A DNA stretch of 64,000 nucleotides from an uncultured beta proteobacterium (GCA_903889565.1 CAISYC010000018.1:18712-82711), one strand, 5' to 3'. Shown: positions 44,992 through 55,065, numbered from the stretch's first letter. Notes: generated from the letters alone by a model not told the origin. A program made the numbers and translations.

Positions 44992-46212
44992 TTATTTCGG
45001 CGTGAGATGGAACAGCCCGCCGGGATTGGCGTCTTCCAGCATCCAAAGCGAGCCGTCCGGCGCCTCTTCGATATCACGCACGCGTTTGCCGATGTGCCAG
45101 CGCTGCGCTGCGGTGGCACCGCCCTTGCCGTCGAAGGTGACGCGGATGAGCGATTGGCTGACCAGTCCGCTGATCAGGGCGTCGCCATTCCATTGCGGGA
45201 AAACGCTGCCCTTGTAGAACATGATGTTGCCCGGCGCGATTACCGGCACCCAGTAGATCACGGGCTTGGCGAGATCGGGGCGCGTATCCGGGCTGGCGAT
45301 CGGCACGCCGTTGTAGTTCATGCCATACGAGACCAGCGGCCAGCCGTAATTCCTGCCGCGCTCGATCAGGTTCAGCTCGTCGCCGCCGCGCGGGCCGTGT
45401 TCGACTTCCCACAGCCGGCCGTCGGGACCGAAGGCGAGGCCGTAGGGCGTACGGTGGCCGCTGGTCCAGGTTTCGGCCGGCGTCAGGTTGGGGCCGGGAA
45501 ACGTATAGGTGCTGACCACCGGCGCGGTCTTCGCCGCTTCGGTATCGGTCGGCGGATCGATCAATGGAATGGTGGCGTTACCCGTTTTGCCTTCCAGCGG
45601 ATTGCCGGGCGCGGGTTTGCCATCGAGCGTCAAGCGCAGGATCTTGCCTTCCGGCTGGCTGGGATCCTGCGCGGGCGTGAAGCGCTGGCGATCGCCCACC
45701 GTGAGAAACAGATAGTTGCCATCCGGCGAGAACGCGATCTGCGCGCCTTCCTGACCGCCTTTGCCTTTGGGCATCTGGCGCCACAATACCTGGAATCCGT
45801 CGAGCGTGGCGCGGTCACCGTCGAGCACAAGCTGGCCGCGGCCCAGCGCGAGGCCGCCACCGTAATCGCCCGGCTCGGCATAGGTCAGATAGACATTGTG
45901 ATCGGTGGCGTAATGCGGCGAGACGAAAACGCCCAGCATGCCGTTCTGGCGTTGATAATAACTGGGCGGCACGCCGCCGACTTCGGTCTTGACACCCTGC
46001 GGTGTGACCAGAATGACGCGGCCGACCTTTTCGGTTACCAGCATGCGGCCGTCGGGCAGGAACGCGATGCGCCACGGCAGATCGAAACTCGCCACCTGCG
46101 TCATCGTGAACGGCAGGTCGGGATCGGATTTCTGCTGGCCGGCATTGATCTGCGCGGAGGCCGCGCCTGACAGCAGGACTGCAAGCAGCGCTGCGCTCGC
46201 CAACTTCAACAT
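44992..46212 (-). CDS. PQQ-dependent soluble sugar dehydrogenase (GSDH / sorbosone dehydrogenase family)
   Basis: 406 aa. Signal peptide MLKLASAALLAVLLSGAASAQ. LPWRIAFLPDGRMLVTEKVGRV, HRTPYGLAFGPDGRLWEVEHGPRGGDELNLIERGRNYGWP. Confidence 0.85.
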   Translation of the reverse strand: MLKLASAALLAVLLSGAASAQINAGQQKSDPDLPFTMTQVASFDLPWRIAFLPDGRMLVTEKVGRVILVTPQGVKTEVGGVPPSYYQRQNGMLGVFVSPHYATDHNVYLTYAEPGDYGGGLALGRGQLVLDGDRATLDGFQVLWRQMPKGKGGQEGAQIAFSPDGNYLFLTVGDRQRFTPAQDPSQPEGKILRLTLDGKPAPGNPLEGKTGNATIPLIDPPTDTEAAKTAPVVSTYTFPGPNLTPAETWTSGHRTPYGLAFGPDGRLWEVEHGPRGGDELNLIERGRNYGWPLVSYGMNYNGVPIASPDTRPDLAKPVIYWVPVIAPGNIMFYKGSVFPQWNGDALISGLVSQSLIRVTFDGKGGATAAQRWHIGKRVRDIEEAPDGSLWMLEDANPGGLFHLTPK

Positions 46213-46670
46213 TTGTGCGTCTCCCTCGTGCCCGCATCTGCCAGCCGGGATTTTTAATCCGGATTTTAATTTTCCCTATCCTAACATCGACCCGCGTAAA
46301 AGAACCGGGCAGGGGAAAGCGACAGGCAATCGTGCGAGAGCGTGCCCGCAACCATGCATAATTATCCCAAAAGTCGCATTGCAATTTATCCCAGATCAAT
46401 AATCATCGATTGCAATCAAAAATTTTGCGGGAACCGGACTCGCAGGCGTAGAGTGCTGATCATGGGGATCGCGCTTTGAAATCACCCCGATTCGACCTAT
46501 AACCCAGGCAGGCCCATTGCCTGTTCATATAAAAACGCCCGGTCCGGGAGCGTCACGCAGGCGAAACGAGCGATTGATCGATTTCCGGATTCGAGTTAAA
46601 AATTTCCTGTCGCTGACCGAATTGGCCTGAATATTCCACGATTGGCATCGGCATTGGAGAGGAGCAATGA

Positions 46671-49208
46671 ATGGCCGCTGACATTGGAAGTGCGCATACC
46701 CGGGACGATGACCTGCCGCATCTCTCCCATATCAATGTCGATGCGACGTCCGAGGCGGTTTTTTGGATCGCGCCGGACGCCCATTTCGTGGACGTCAATT
46801 TGGCGGCTTGCCGTTCCCTTGGCTATACGCGGGAGGAATTGCTCAAGCTGGGTGTGCCCGATATCGATGCCGAGTTCAGCGCCGGGAAATGGCGGGAACA
46901 CATGACTGAGCTCAGGCGGCAGGGTTCTTTCCGGTTTGAATCAACGCAACGGGCCAAGGACGGGCGCCTGTTTCCGGTCGAAGTGGTCTGCAATTACGTT
47001 CAGATCGGCGGCGACGAACGAGCGAGCGCGTTTGTCCGCGATATCACCGAGCGCAAGCGCGCAGAGGCGCTGACCAGACTGGAGCACTCGGTAACGCGCA
47101 GCCTCGCCGAAGCCGGCAGCAGCCGGGAAGTCGTGAAGGCGGTTTTGCGCATCATCTGCGAATCGGAGCAATGGGAGTCGTCAGGGTATTTCCGGGTCGA
47201 GGACGATGCGGGCGCGACACGATTGATGATCGGGTGGAGCGGGCCCGGCGCACGGCAAAAAACCATCGACTATTACAAGGGCGCCATTGGCACGGTCATA
47301 CCGCCCGGCGGGTTGATCAGCAGGGTAATCGCCGAAGGCAAACCAATCTGGATTGCCGATTTGAACGAGTCCGAGACGACCTGGCACCTGCGCATAGCGC
47401 GGACCGGTCAGCGCGCCACATTCGCTTTCCCTGTCGTTGCGGACAAAAAGATTCTGGGCGTGCTCGCCTTCTCGAGCCCGACAATCCGCAAACCGGATGA
47501 GGGATTGCTGCAGGCAACGCGGGCGATCGGCGAGCAGGTGGGGCAGTTCATCAAACGCAAGCAGGCCGAGGAATCGCTGCGCGAGAGCGAAATTCAGCTG
47601 CAATCCATACTCGGCTCGACTGCGGACGGAATTCTTGCGGTTGACAACGACGGCAAGGTAATCCGGACAAACCGTCGGTTTACAGATTTGTGGCGCATTC
47701 CACAGGCGCTGCTCGATGGCAAGGACGACCGGCAACTGCTTGATTACGTCGTGAGCCAGTTGGCGGAGCCGGAAGCTTTTCTGGGAAAAGTGAAAATGCT
47801 TTATCAGTCGGATCTCGAGCTGCTGGATGTTGTCAATTTCAAGGATGGCCGGATTTTCGAACGTTTTTCCTCGCCGCTGATGCTGGAACACTCAATCATC
47901 GGGAGGGTATGGTCTTTCCGGGACATCACCGAACGCAAACGCAAGGAATCGTTGATGCGTCTGCTTGAAACACTTGCATGCGCGGCGAATGAAGCCGAAA
48001 CGGCGGAGGCGGGCTTGCGGGATTGCCTTGAACAAATCTGCGCCTATGGCAACTGGGCCATTGGCCACGTTGGTTTGTATGGTTTCAATCAGCCCGCGGA
48101 TACGTTTCCAATATCGCAATGGTGCGGTAATGATCTGTCCCGTGATCAGGAATTCATACGGCAGTCCGAAACGTTTATTTTCGGCACCAGCAAAGGCGGA
48201 TTTGTCGGGCGCGCCAAGCGCGAGCGAAAACCGGTGTGGATTGAAGACATCCGGCAGGCCGGCGACATACGCCGGCAGAAAATCGCGCTGGAAGCCGGCT
48301 TGCGCTCGGCATTTGTATTCCCGGTTTTCGTGGGCAGCGACATCGCCGGATTTCTCGAGTTTTTTGCCGCCGATGTGCGCACGCCGGACACGCTGTTTCT
48401 TGACTCAATCAACGTCGTCTCCGGCCAACTGGCGCGATTGATAGAACGCGCGCGCGCGGCCGAAAATCTTTCCCGACTGAACGCCGAACTCGAAATCCGC
48501 GTCGCTCACAGAACAGCCGAACTCGAGATGGCCAACAAGGAGCTGAATTCATTCAGTTACACCATCGCCCACGATATGCGGGCGCCGGTCCGCGCAATGA
48601 ACGGGTTTGGCGAAATGGTGCTGCAAAAGAATCGTGGAAAGCTGGATCCGGAATCCGAGGGGCATTTAACCCGGATCGTCGCCAACAGCAGGCATATGAG
48701 CAACCTGATCGATGATCTGCTTAATTGGGCGAGACTGGGCCATCAGGACGTAAGGCGGCGTGAATACGGGTTCAGTCAACAGGCGGAGAATGTTGTTTCG
48801 ACCCTGCGGAGTCTGGTCCCGAGTCGAGTGGTCGAGACCTGGATTCAACCGTCAATGCGAATCATTGCCGATGAAGACCTGATGCAAGTCGTGCTGAACA
48901 ATCTGATCGGCAACGCGTGGAAATTCACGTCGAAATCCGGATCGGCGCGCATCGAGTTCGGCATTGAGCGGCGTGATGGTTTCGACGTTTTTTATGTCCG
49001 CGACAACGGCGCCGGATTTGACCGGCAATATGCACACAAACTTTTTCTGCCCTTCCAGCGGCTGCATCACGCCAGCGAATTCGAGGGCACGGGAATCGGG
49101 TTGGCGACGGTGAAAAAGATCATTGACCGTCATGGCGGAAAGATCTGGATCGACAGTGCCGTCGGCGAGGGCACCACCGTATATTTTACGGTTGGCCAGC
49201 CGTTGTAG
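46671..49208 (+). CDS. cytoplasmic PAS-GAF-PAS-GAF sensor histidine kinase (no receiver domain, no adjacent response regulator)
   Basis: 845 aa. Two PAS ends are marked by FVRDITERKRAE and FRDITERKRKE. GAF-like segments follow each. H-box FSYTIAHDMRAPVRAMNGF (His codon 48570-48572). N/G boxes NLIGNAWKF, VRDNGAGFD, GTGIGLATVKKI. No TM segments are evident. Confidence 0.88.
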   Translation: MAADIGSAHTRDDDLPHLSHINVDATSEAVFWIAPDAHFVDVNLAACRSLGYTREELLKLGVPDIDAEFSAGKWREHMTELRRQGSFRFESTQRAKDGRLFPVEVVCNYVQIGGDERASAFVRDITERKRAEALTRLEHSVTRSLAEAGSSREVVKAVLRIICESEQWESSGYFRVEDDAGATRLMIGWSGPGARQKTIDYYKGAIGTVIPPGGLISRVIAEGKPIWIADLNESETTWHLRIARTGQRATFAFPVVADKKILGVLAFSSPTIRKPDEGLLQATRAIGEQVGQFIKRKQAEESLRESEIQLQSILGSTADGILAVDNDGKVIRTNRRFTDLWRIPQALLDGKDDRQLLDYVVSQLAEPEAFLGKVKMLYQSDLELLDVVNFKDGRIFERFSSPLMLEHSIIGRVWSFRDITERKRKESLMRLLETLACAANEAETAEAGLRDCLEQICAYGNWAIGHVGLYGFNQPADTFPISQWCGNDLSRDQEFIRQSETFIFGTSKGGFVGRAKRERKPVWIEDIRQAGDIRRQKIALEAGLRSAFVFPVFVGSDIAGFLEFFAADVRTPDTLFLDSINVVSGQLARLIERARAAENLSRLNAELEIRVAHRTAELEMANKELNSFSYTIAHDMRAPVRAMNGFGEMVLQKNRGKLDPESEGHLTRIVANSRHMSNLIDDLLNWARLGHQDVRRREYGFSQQAENVVSTLRSLVPSRVVETWIQPSMRIIADEDLMQVVLNNLIGNAWKFTSKSGSARIEFGIERRDGFDVFYVRDNGAGFDRQYAHKLFLPFQRLHHASEFEGTGIGLATVKKIIDRHGGKIWIDSAVGEGTTVYFTVGQPL

Positions 49209-49274
49209 ACCGGCTTGCCCGGAACCCTCGGGATAAGAGCAGAACATAAGTGTTGCAGATCGCCGGGAGGGGGA

Positions 49275-50246
49275 ATGAACAACCGATGCAAACTGGCCAT
49301 GGCGCTTGTTGTGGCCGCAGCCTGCTGCGCGCATCAAGCCGTAGCGCAATCCTATCCAAACAAGCCGGTGAGGTTGATCGTCGGCTTTACGCCGGGTAGC
49401 GCGACCGACGTTACTGCGCGGATCTTCGCGCAGAAATTGTCCGAAGCGTGGGGCGTTGCGGTCGCGGTCGATAACGTGCCCGGCGCCGGCGGCACGGTCG
49501 GGGTTGCGCGAGGCGCGAAGTCGCCGCCCGACGGCTACACCCTGACCTACGCGGCCAATGGCGCGATGACCATCGCCCCCGGCCTGCAAAACAAACCGCC
49601 CTACGACGCAGGGCGTGATTTTGCGCCGATCGTACTGATGGTCACGATGCCCAACATCGTCGCTGTCAACAATGCGGTGCCGGCAAAAAGTTTTCAGGAA
49701 TTGATCGCGTTGGCGAGGGCGCGGCCGGGCGAGCTTTCCTATGCGACCCCCGGTGCCGGTACGCCCCAGCATATTGCCGGCGAGTTGCTGAAGAGTCTGG
49801 CCGGAGTCAACATCATCCACGTGCCCTATCGCGGGGCGACGTTCACCGATGTGATCGGCGGCCGCGTCACCATCGCGATACAGAATACCGGTGCGATACT
49901 GCCGTTCGTCAGAGACGGCAAGCTGCGCGGACTCGCCGTCACCTCGCTTCGTCGATCGTCGAACATACCCGGACTGCCGACGGTGGCGGAATCCGGTTTC
50001 CCCGGTTTCGAAGCCATCTCGTGGTTTGCACTCGTTGCCCCGGCCGGAACGCCGGCTTCCATCGTCGCCAAGGTGCACGATGATGCCGTCAAGATTCTCG
50101 CGCAGCCGGACATACAGGCCAAGCTCGCACAGCTCGGCGTCGAAACCGCAGGCAGTTCGCCCGGCGAACTCGCGGCCGTGATCAATTCGGATATCGAGAA
50201 ATGGGCGAAGGTGATCAAGGAGGCGGGGATCACCGAAGGCGATTGA
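49275..50246 (+). CDS. Bug/TctC-family periplasmic solute-binding protein
   Basis: ORF 49215..50246. ATG 49275 follows GGGAGGGGGA. MNNRCKLAMALVVAAACCAHQAVAQSYPNKPVRLIVGFTPGSATD, PDGYTLTY, VPYRGATFT, GFPGFE. Confidence 0.9.
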   Translation: MNNRCKLAMALVVAAACCAHQAVAQSYPNKPVRLIVGFTPGSATDVTARIFAQKLSEAWGVAVAVDNVPGAGGTVGVARGAKSPPDGYTLTYAANGAMTIAPGLQNKPPYDAGRDFAPIVLMVTMPNIVAVNNAVPAKSFQELIALARARPGELSYATPGAGTPQHIAGELLKSLAGVNIIHVPYRGATFTDVIGGRVTIAIQNTGAILPFVRDGKLRGLAVTSLRRSSNIPGLPTVAESGFPGFEAISWFALVAPAGTPASIVAKVHDDAVKILAQPDIQAKLAQLGVETAGSSPGELAAVINSDIEKWAKVIKEAGITEGD

Positions 50247-50307
50247 GAGTGGCGCCGCTGCCGCAACGGCGCATTGCAAAACCGTTGGCGTGTAACGACT
50301 GCAACAG

Positions 50308-51312
50308 CTACTGCGCAATATCGAGATGCGCGTCTTTGATCAGCCTGCCCCATTTGGCATACTCGGCGCGCACGAACGAGCCGAACTGTTCAGGCGGGCT
50401 GCCGACGATTTCCATCGCCTGATCGGTCAGCTTGCCCCGGATGTCGGCGTCCTTGAGCATGGTGGCAGTCGCCGCCGAGAGCCGGGCGACGATTGGTTTC
50501 GGCGTTCCTGCGGGCGCGAGGAAGCCGACCCAGGAACCGGTGTCCAGTTGGGGATATCCGGATTCGGCTGTGGTCGGCACGCCGGGGAGCGCGGCCGAGC
50601 GCTGACTGCCGCTGACCGCAAGCGCCTTCAGCCTGTTCGCGCGCACGTAAGGCACGGTAACGCTGGTCGCGATGAACGACAGCTGAACCTGTCCGCCCAG
50701 CAGGTCGGCAATCGCCGGTGCGCCGCCCTTGTACGGCACGTGCACAATGTCGATGCCGGCGAGCAATTTGAATTGCTCGGCGGCGAGATGGCCCGCCGTG
50801 CCGGCGCCGCCCGCGGAGGCGTAGGTCAATGTGCCGGGTTTGCTTTTGGCAAGGGCCACCAGCTCCTTGAGCGAATCCGCCGCTACCGACGGATGCGCGA
50901 CGGTCACCAGCGGAATCTTGACGACCAGCGCAATCGGCGCGAAGTCCTTAAAAATATCGTAGCGGAGATTTTTGTAGATATGCGGATTGACCGCGTGCGT
51001 ATCGACCACCATCAGCAGCGTGTAACCATCCGGCGCGGATTTTGCGACGATCTCGGACCCCAGCGATCCGCCGGCCCCGCTGCGATTGTCGATGACAACA
51101 GCGAGTCCGCGTTGACCGAGCGTTTCCGCGAGTCTCGATGCGATCTGCCTCGCGACGGTGTCGACGAGTCCCCCCGCCGGGAACGGCACGACGATACGAA
51201 TGGGCCGGTTCGGATACGGCTGGGCGGCGGTTGCGGCGGCGAAGGCGAGGGCCGCAAGCGCGAAACAGCAGCGGACGGTTGCTTGCAGAGCCGGTGCCGG
51301 CGGTTTCATCAT
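50308..51312 (-). CDS. Bug/TctC-family periplasmic solute-binding protein
   Basis: 334 aa. ...CCFALAALAFAAATAAQPYPNRPIRIVVPFPAGGLVDT, PDGYTLLM, VPYKGGAPA, GYPQLD. Confidence 0.9.
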   Translation of the reverse strand: MMKPPAPALQATVRCCFALAALAFAAATAAQPYPNRPIRIVVPFPAGGLVDTVARQIASRLAETLGQRGLAVVIDNRSGAGGSLGSEIVAKSAPDGYTLLMVVDTHAVNPHIYKNLRYDIFKDFAPIALVVKIPLVTVAHPSVAADSLKELVALAKSKPGTLTYASAGGAGTAGHLAAEQFKLLAGIDIVHVPYKGGAPAIADLLGGQVQLSFIATSVTVPYVRANRLKALAVSGSQRSAALPGVPTTAESGYPQLDTGSWVGFLAPAGTPKPIVARLSAATATMLKDADIRGKLTDQAMEIVGSPPEQFGSFVRAEYAKWGRLIKDAHLDIAQ

Positions 51313-51337
51313 TTCAAATATCCGTAACGATCAACGA

Positions 51338-52291
51338 TCAATCCGCACGCGCGCCCGATTCCCGCACGACCTTCGTCCACTTCACGACCTCGGCCTTGAG
51401 ATAATCGGCAAACACGCGCGGCGAATTTTCCATTGACTCGAACCCGATGCTGGAGAGCCGCTCGCGTCCGTCGGGTGTTTTGAGCACGCGTGCGATGTCA
51501 GCGTTCACTTTGGCGACGATCGCCGGCGGCGTGGCCGCCGGTGCAAAAAATGCAATCCAGGTGTAATCCGAATAACCGGGGAAACCCTGCTCGGCAACCG
51601 TCTGTACGTCGGGCAGCGCCGGCGCGCGTTGCTGGCTCGTGACGGCGATGGCATGCACGCGCCCGCTTTTGATCATCTGAAACACGGTCGGTATCGCAGT
51701 GATGCCGACCGGCGTTTGTCCGCCGACCACCGCAATCACCGCGGGACCGCCGCCGCTATACGGAATATGCGCGATATCCGCGCGCGCCAGCGTTTTGAAC
51801 AGCAGTTCGCCGGTCAGGTGCGGCGTCGTGCCGATGCCGGCTGAAGCGTAAGACAGCGGTTTTTGCTTCGCCAGCGTGAGCAGCGCCTGCAGTGAATTGA
51901 CCGCGACGGAGGGATGAACGAATACGATGTTGGGCGCGATGCCGGCAACGATGACGGGCGCGAAATCCCGCAGCGGATCGTAGCCTGCATTTTTGTACAG
52001 GCCCGGATTGACCGCGAACACGCTCGAGTTGGCCAGCATCGTATAACCGTCCGGGGTGGCTTTGGCGACGAGTGCGGTGCCGATATTGCCGCTGGCGCCG
52101 GCGCGGTTATCGACGATCACCGGCTGTCCCCACAGTTCGGTCAGCTTCTGCGCGACCATGCGCGCCATGACGTCGGTTGATCCGCCCGGCGGTTGCGGCA
52201 CGAGCAGACGAACCGGGCGATCCGGAAAGACGGATTCGGCAGCCTGCGCTGCGCACGCGATCGCCGCACACAACAGCCACAGCAGTTTCAT
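51338..52291 (-). CDS. Bug/TctC-family periplasmic solute-binding protein
   Basis: ORF 51338..52399. Start ATG 52291. MKLLWLLCAAIACAAQAAESVFPDRPVRLLVPQPPGGSTD, PDGYTMLA, IPYSGGGPA, GFPGYS. Confidence 0.9.
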   Translation of the reverse strand: MKLLWLLCAAIACAAQAAESVFPDRPVRLLVPQPPGGSTDVMARMVAQKLTELWGQPVIVDNRAGASGNIGTALVAKATPDGYTMLANSSVFAVNPGLYKNAGYDPLRDFAPVIVAGIAPNIVFVHPSVAVNSLQALLTLAKQKPLSYASAGIGTTPHLTGELLFKTLARADIAHIPYSGGGPAVIAVVGGQTPVGITAIPTVFQMIKSGRVHAIAVTSQQRAPALPDVQTVAEQGFPGYSDYTWIAFFAPAATPPAIVAKVNADIARVLKTPDGRERLSSIGFESMENSPRVFADYLKAEVVKWTKVVRESGARAD

Positions 52292-52316
52292 GGCAACGCC
52301 GCTGCGGTTATCGCGT

Positions 52317-53282
52317 TCATGACAGGCGCACCACGATCCGCCCGATCTGCGCGTTGGATTCCATATGATCCTTTGCCGCCGGCAACTCAGCGTAGCCAAA
52401 CACGCGGTCGATCACGGGCGCAATGCGGCCGTCGGCGAATGCCGGCAGCAGGTCACGGATGAATCCGTTGACCGTCTGCGCGCGCTGCACGGAGGTGGTG
52501 AATTTGTTCGACACTCCGAACAGTTCCAGCCGGTTGGAATGCAGTGCTTCGAGATCGAGTTCGCATTTCATCACGCCGTCGATCGTTCCGACGGTCGCGA
52601 GCCGGCCCTGAAATGCCAGCGCGCGCAGGCACTCCGGAAACACGCTGCCGCCGACATTGTTGACGACGAGATCGACGCCTTTGCCGCCGGTTATGGCGCG
52701 CGCCTGTGCGGCAAAATCGGGGCCGCGGGTGCAGATGCCTGCATCGAGGCCGATCATTTTCAGCTTCGCCAATTTGTCCGCCGAGCCCGAAGTGCCGATT
52801 ACTTTTGCGCCGAGCAGCCTGGCCGTCTGCAGGCAGGCCACGCCGACGCCCGACGACGCGCCGGTGATGAGCAGCCACTCGCCGGATTTCAGCCTGCCGT
52901 AGGAGCAGAGCATGTCGTGGGCGACCAGAAAGGCCAGCGGCACTGCGGCGGCCTGCTCCCAGCTCAGACACGCCGGCACCGGGATCGCATCGTGCGCATC
53001 CAGCAACGCATACTCGGCAAAGCCGCCGCGCGCCCGCCCCATGATGCGATCACCCGGTTTGATGCCTGCGACGCTGTCGCCAACGGCCTGGACGATGCCG
53101 GCCGCCTCGATGCCGCCGGGCTTGATGCCGTCCGCATGATAACGGGGATTGAACTCGCCGCGATTGAGCGCGGTGGCATGCACGCGCAACAGGATTTCAC
53201 CGCTTCCAGCCTGCGGCACCGGAACGTCCCGCGCCTCGAGGCCGATGATTCCGTTGCGTGCCCGAATCCACCACGATTTCAT
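52317..53282 (-). CDS. zeta-crystallin-like quinone oxidoreductase (medium-chain dehydrogenase/reductase family)
   Basis: ORF 52317..53474. Start ATG 53282. MKSWWIRARNGIIGLEARDVPVPQAGSGEILLRVHATALNRGE, GEWLLITGASSGVGVACLQTARLLGAKVIGTSGS. Confidence 0.82.
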   Translation of the reverse strand: MKSWWIRARNGIIGLEARDVPVPQAGSGEILLRVHATALNRGEFNPRYHADGIKPGGIEAAGIVQAVGDSVAGIKPGDRIMGRARGGFAEYALLDAHDAIPVPACLSWEQAAAVPLAFLVAHDMLCSYGRLKSGEWLLITGASSGVGVACLQTARLLGAKVIGTSGSADKLAKLKMIGLDAGICTRGPDFAAQARAITGGKGVDLVVNNVGGSVFPECLRALAFQGRLATVGTIDGVMKCELDLEALHSNRLELFGVSNKFTTSVQRAQTVNGFIRDLLPAFADGRIAPVIDRVFGYAELPAAKDHMESNAQIGRIVVRLS

Positions 53283-53388
53283 TTGGGTTCGACCCGTCGG
53301 TTTGGCGGCACGCAACGAAACCGGCAGCGCGCTTTCGGAAAAACAGGGGTGCTCCGGCGCGCCCGCTGCGCGCCGTCCGTGGTTTGCA

Positions 53389-55065
53389 TTACCTGGGCAG
53401 AAGGGCAAATGTCCAGACCATGCCGCCGAGCGGTACTTTTTCCCGCAATTCGGGCGGCGTATTGACTGCACCACCGCCGCGACCCGACAGCACGCTGACG
53501 TACTGGCGACCCTTGTAGGTGAAGGTTACGGCGGGGGCATTGATGGCGGATCCGGTTTGATATTGCCAGACGATTTTTCCGTTGTCTGCGTCGATGGCGA
53601 CGACCTCCCCGGTCTGCTTGCCGGAAAACAGCAGGCCTCCGCCCGTTGAAAGCATGCCGCCCCATTGCATGTAGTCCATGAGCGGTATTTTCCATTTCGT
53701 TCTGCCGGTCAGCGGGTCGATCGCCATGTAATAGCCGTCGGGCGTGCCCGGTTTGCGCGGTGGAACCGAGGTCTGCACGCCGGTATAACGCTGGCCGGGT
53801 TTGTATTCTTCGATCGGTGTGAATTTGAAAATGCGCGGATGGTTTGCCGCATTCAGATAAAGCAGTCCCGTATTCGGATTGAACGCCATCGGCACCCAGT
53901 TTTTCCCGCCGCGCGGCCCCGGCCAGAATTCCACCTCTTCGCCCGCCAGCATGCGTTTCAGGAGGTCGGTAAACACCGGGCGACCGGTGGTGAGGTCGAT
54001 GCGCTCGGCCCAGTTCTGTCTGGCGAATTCATTGGCGGCGATCAGCTGGCCGGTTGCGCGATCGATCACATAAAGAAATGCGTTCTTGTCGGCGTGCATC
54101 AGAACCTTGCGCATCGTGCCGTTGATTTTGATGTCGGCGAGAACGTTTTCATTCACCGCATCGAAATCGAAAGGATCGCCCGGCGTGAACTGGTAATGCC
54201 AGACGATTTCACCGGTTTTGGGGCGCACCGCGATGACCGAGGCAATGTGCTGGCTGTCGCCCGGACGGTCGACCGGATTCCACGCGCCGCCGTTGCCGGT
54301 GCCCCAGTACGTCAAATCGAGTTCCGGATCATAGGAACCGGTAACCCAGGTCGTGCCGCCGCCGTGTTTGTAAGCCTCGCTATCCTTCGGCCATGTTTCG
54401 GATCCGGGTTCGCCGGGGCCGGGTATGGTGTAGCGGCGCCATAAATGTTTGCCGGATTCCGGATCCCAGCCGTCGAGGAATCCGCGCACACCCAGTTCCG
54501 CGCCGGACATGCCCGAGATCAGAACACCGTTCGCAATCAGCGGCGCCGCTATACCGGAAATGCCTTCCTTCCATTCGGCGAATTTCTGCCTCCAGACTTC
54601 CTTGCCGGTTTTCAGGTCAAGCGCGCGAACCTGCGCATCAAGCGTGACGCGGAACAGCCGGCCGTTATAAATCGCCGCGCCCTTGTTCGATACGCCGCAG
54701 CAGACGACGCGAATCGTCGACTGATCCCATTCCTCGGCCGTGCGCCAGACCTGGCGGCCGGTTTCGACATCGATTGCGGCAGTCCACTTCGCGTTGGTGA
54801 CATACATGACGCCGTTGTAGACCAGCGGCTGCGCCTGTTCGCCGAAAATGTTTTCGGTGCTGTAGCTCCAGACGGGGACAAGGCGACGAACGTTGCTTCG
54901 ATTGATCTGTTTGAGCGGGCTGTAGCGTTGCTGCCCGTAGCCCATGCCATAGGTGGTGATGTTGTCGGTGTTTTTGCCGTCATGCAAAAGCTCGTCGGCG
55001 GTCTGCGCATGCACTGCGGCGCAAAATGCCAATGCGGCGGCGGCAACAATCAATTTTGACTTCAT
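53389..55065 (-). CDS. PQQ-dependent alcohol dehydrogenase (methanol/ethanol family) with D-x-D lanthanide-type signature
   Basis: 558 aa. Signal peptide MKSKLIVAAAALAFCAAVHAQ. Vicinal Cys pair in IRVVCCGVSNKG. Propeller W motifs. GTGNGGAWNP. GDPFDFDAVNEN, with DFD at 54160-54168. Confidence 0.88.
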   Translation of the reverse strand: MKSKLIVAAAALAFCAAVHAQTADELLHDGKNTDNITTYGMGYGQQRYSPLKQINRSNVRRLVPVWSYSTENIFGEQAQPLVYNGVMYVTNAKWTAAIDVETGRQVWRTAEEWDQSTIRVVCCGVSNKGAAIYNGRLFRVTLDAQVRALDLKTGKEVWRQKFAEWKEGISGIAAPLIANGVLISGMSGAELGVRGFLDGWDPESGKHLWRRYTIPGPGEPGSETWPKDSEAYKHGGGTTWVTGSYDPELDLTYWGTGNGGAWNPVDRPGDSQHIASVIAVRPKTGEIVWHYQFTPGDPFDFDAVNENVLADIKINGTMRKVLMHADKNAFLYVIDRATGQLIAANEFARQNWAERIDLTTGRPVFTDLLKRMLAGEEVEFWPGPRGGKNWVPMAFNPNTGLLYLNAANHPRIFKFTPIEEYKPGQRYTGVQTSVPPRKPGTPDGYYMAIDPLTGRTKWKIPLMDYMQWGGMLSTGGGLLFSGKQTGEVVAIDADNGKIVWQYQTGSAINAPAVTFTYKGRQYVSVLSGRGGGAVNTPPELREKVPLGGMVWTFALLPR

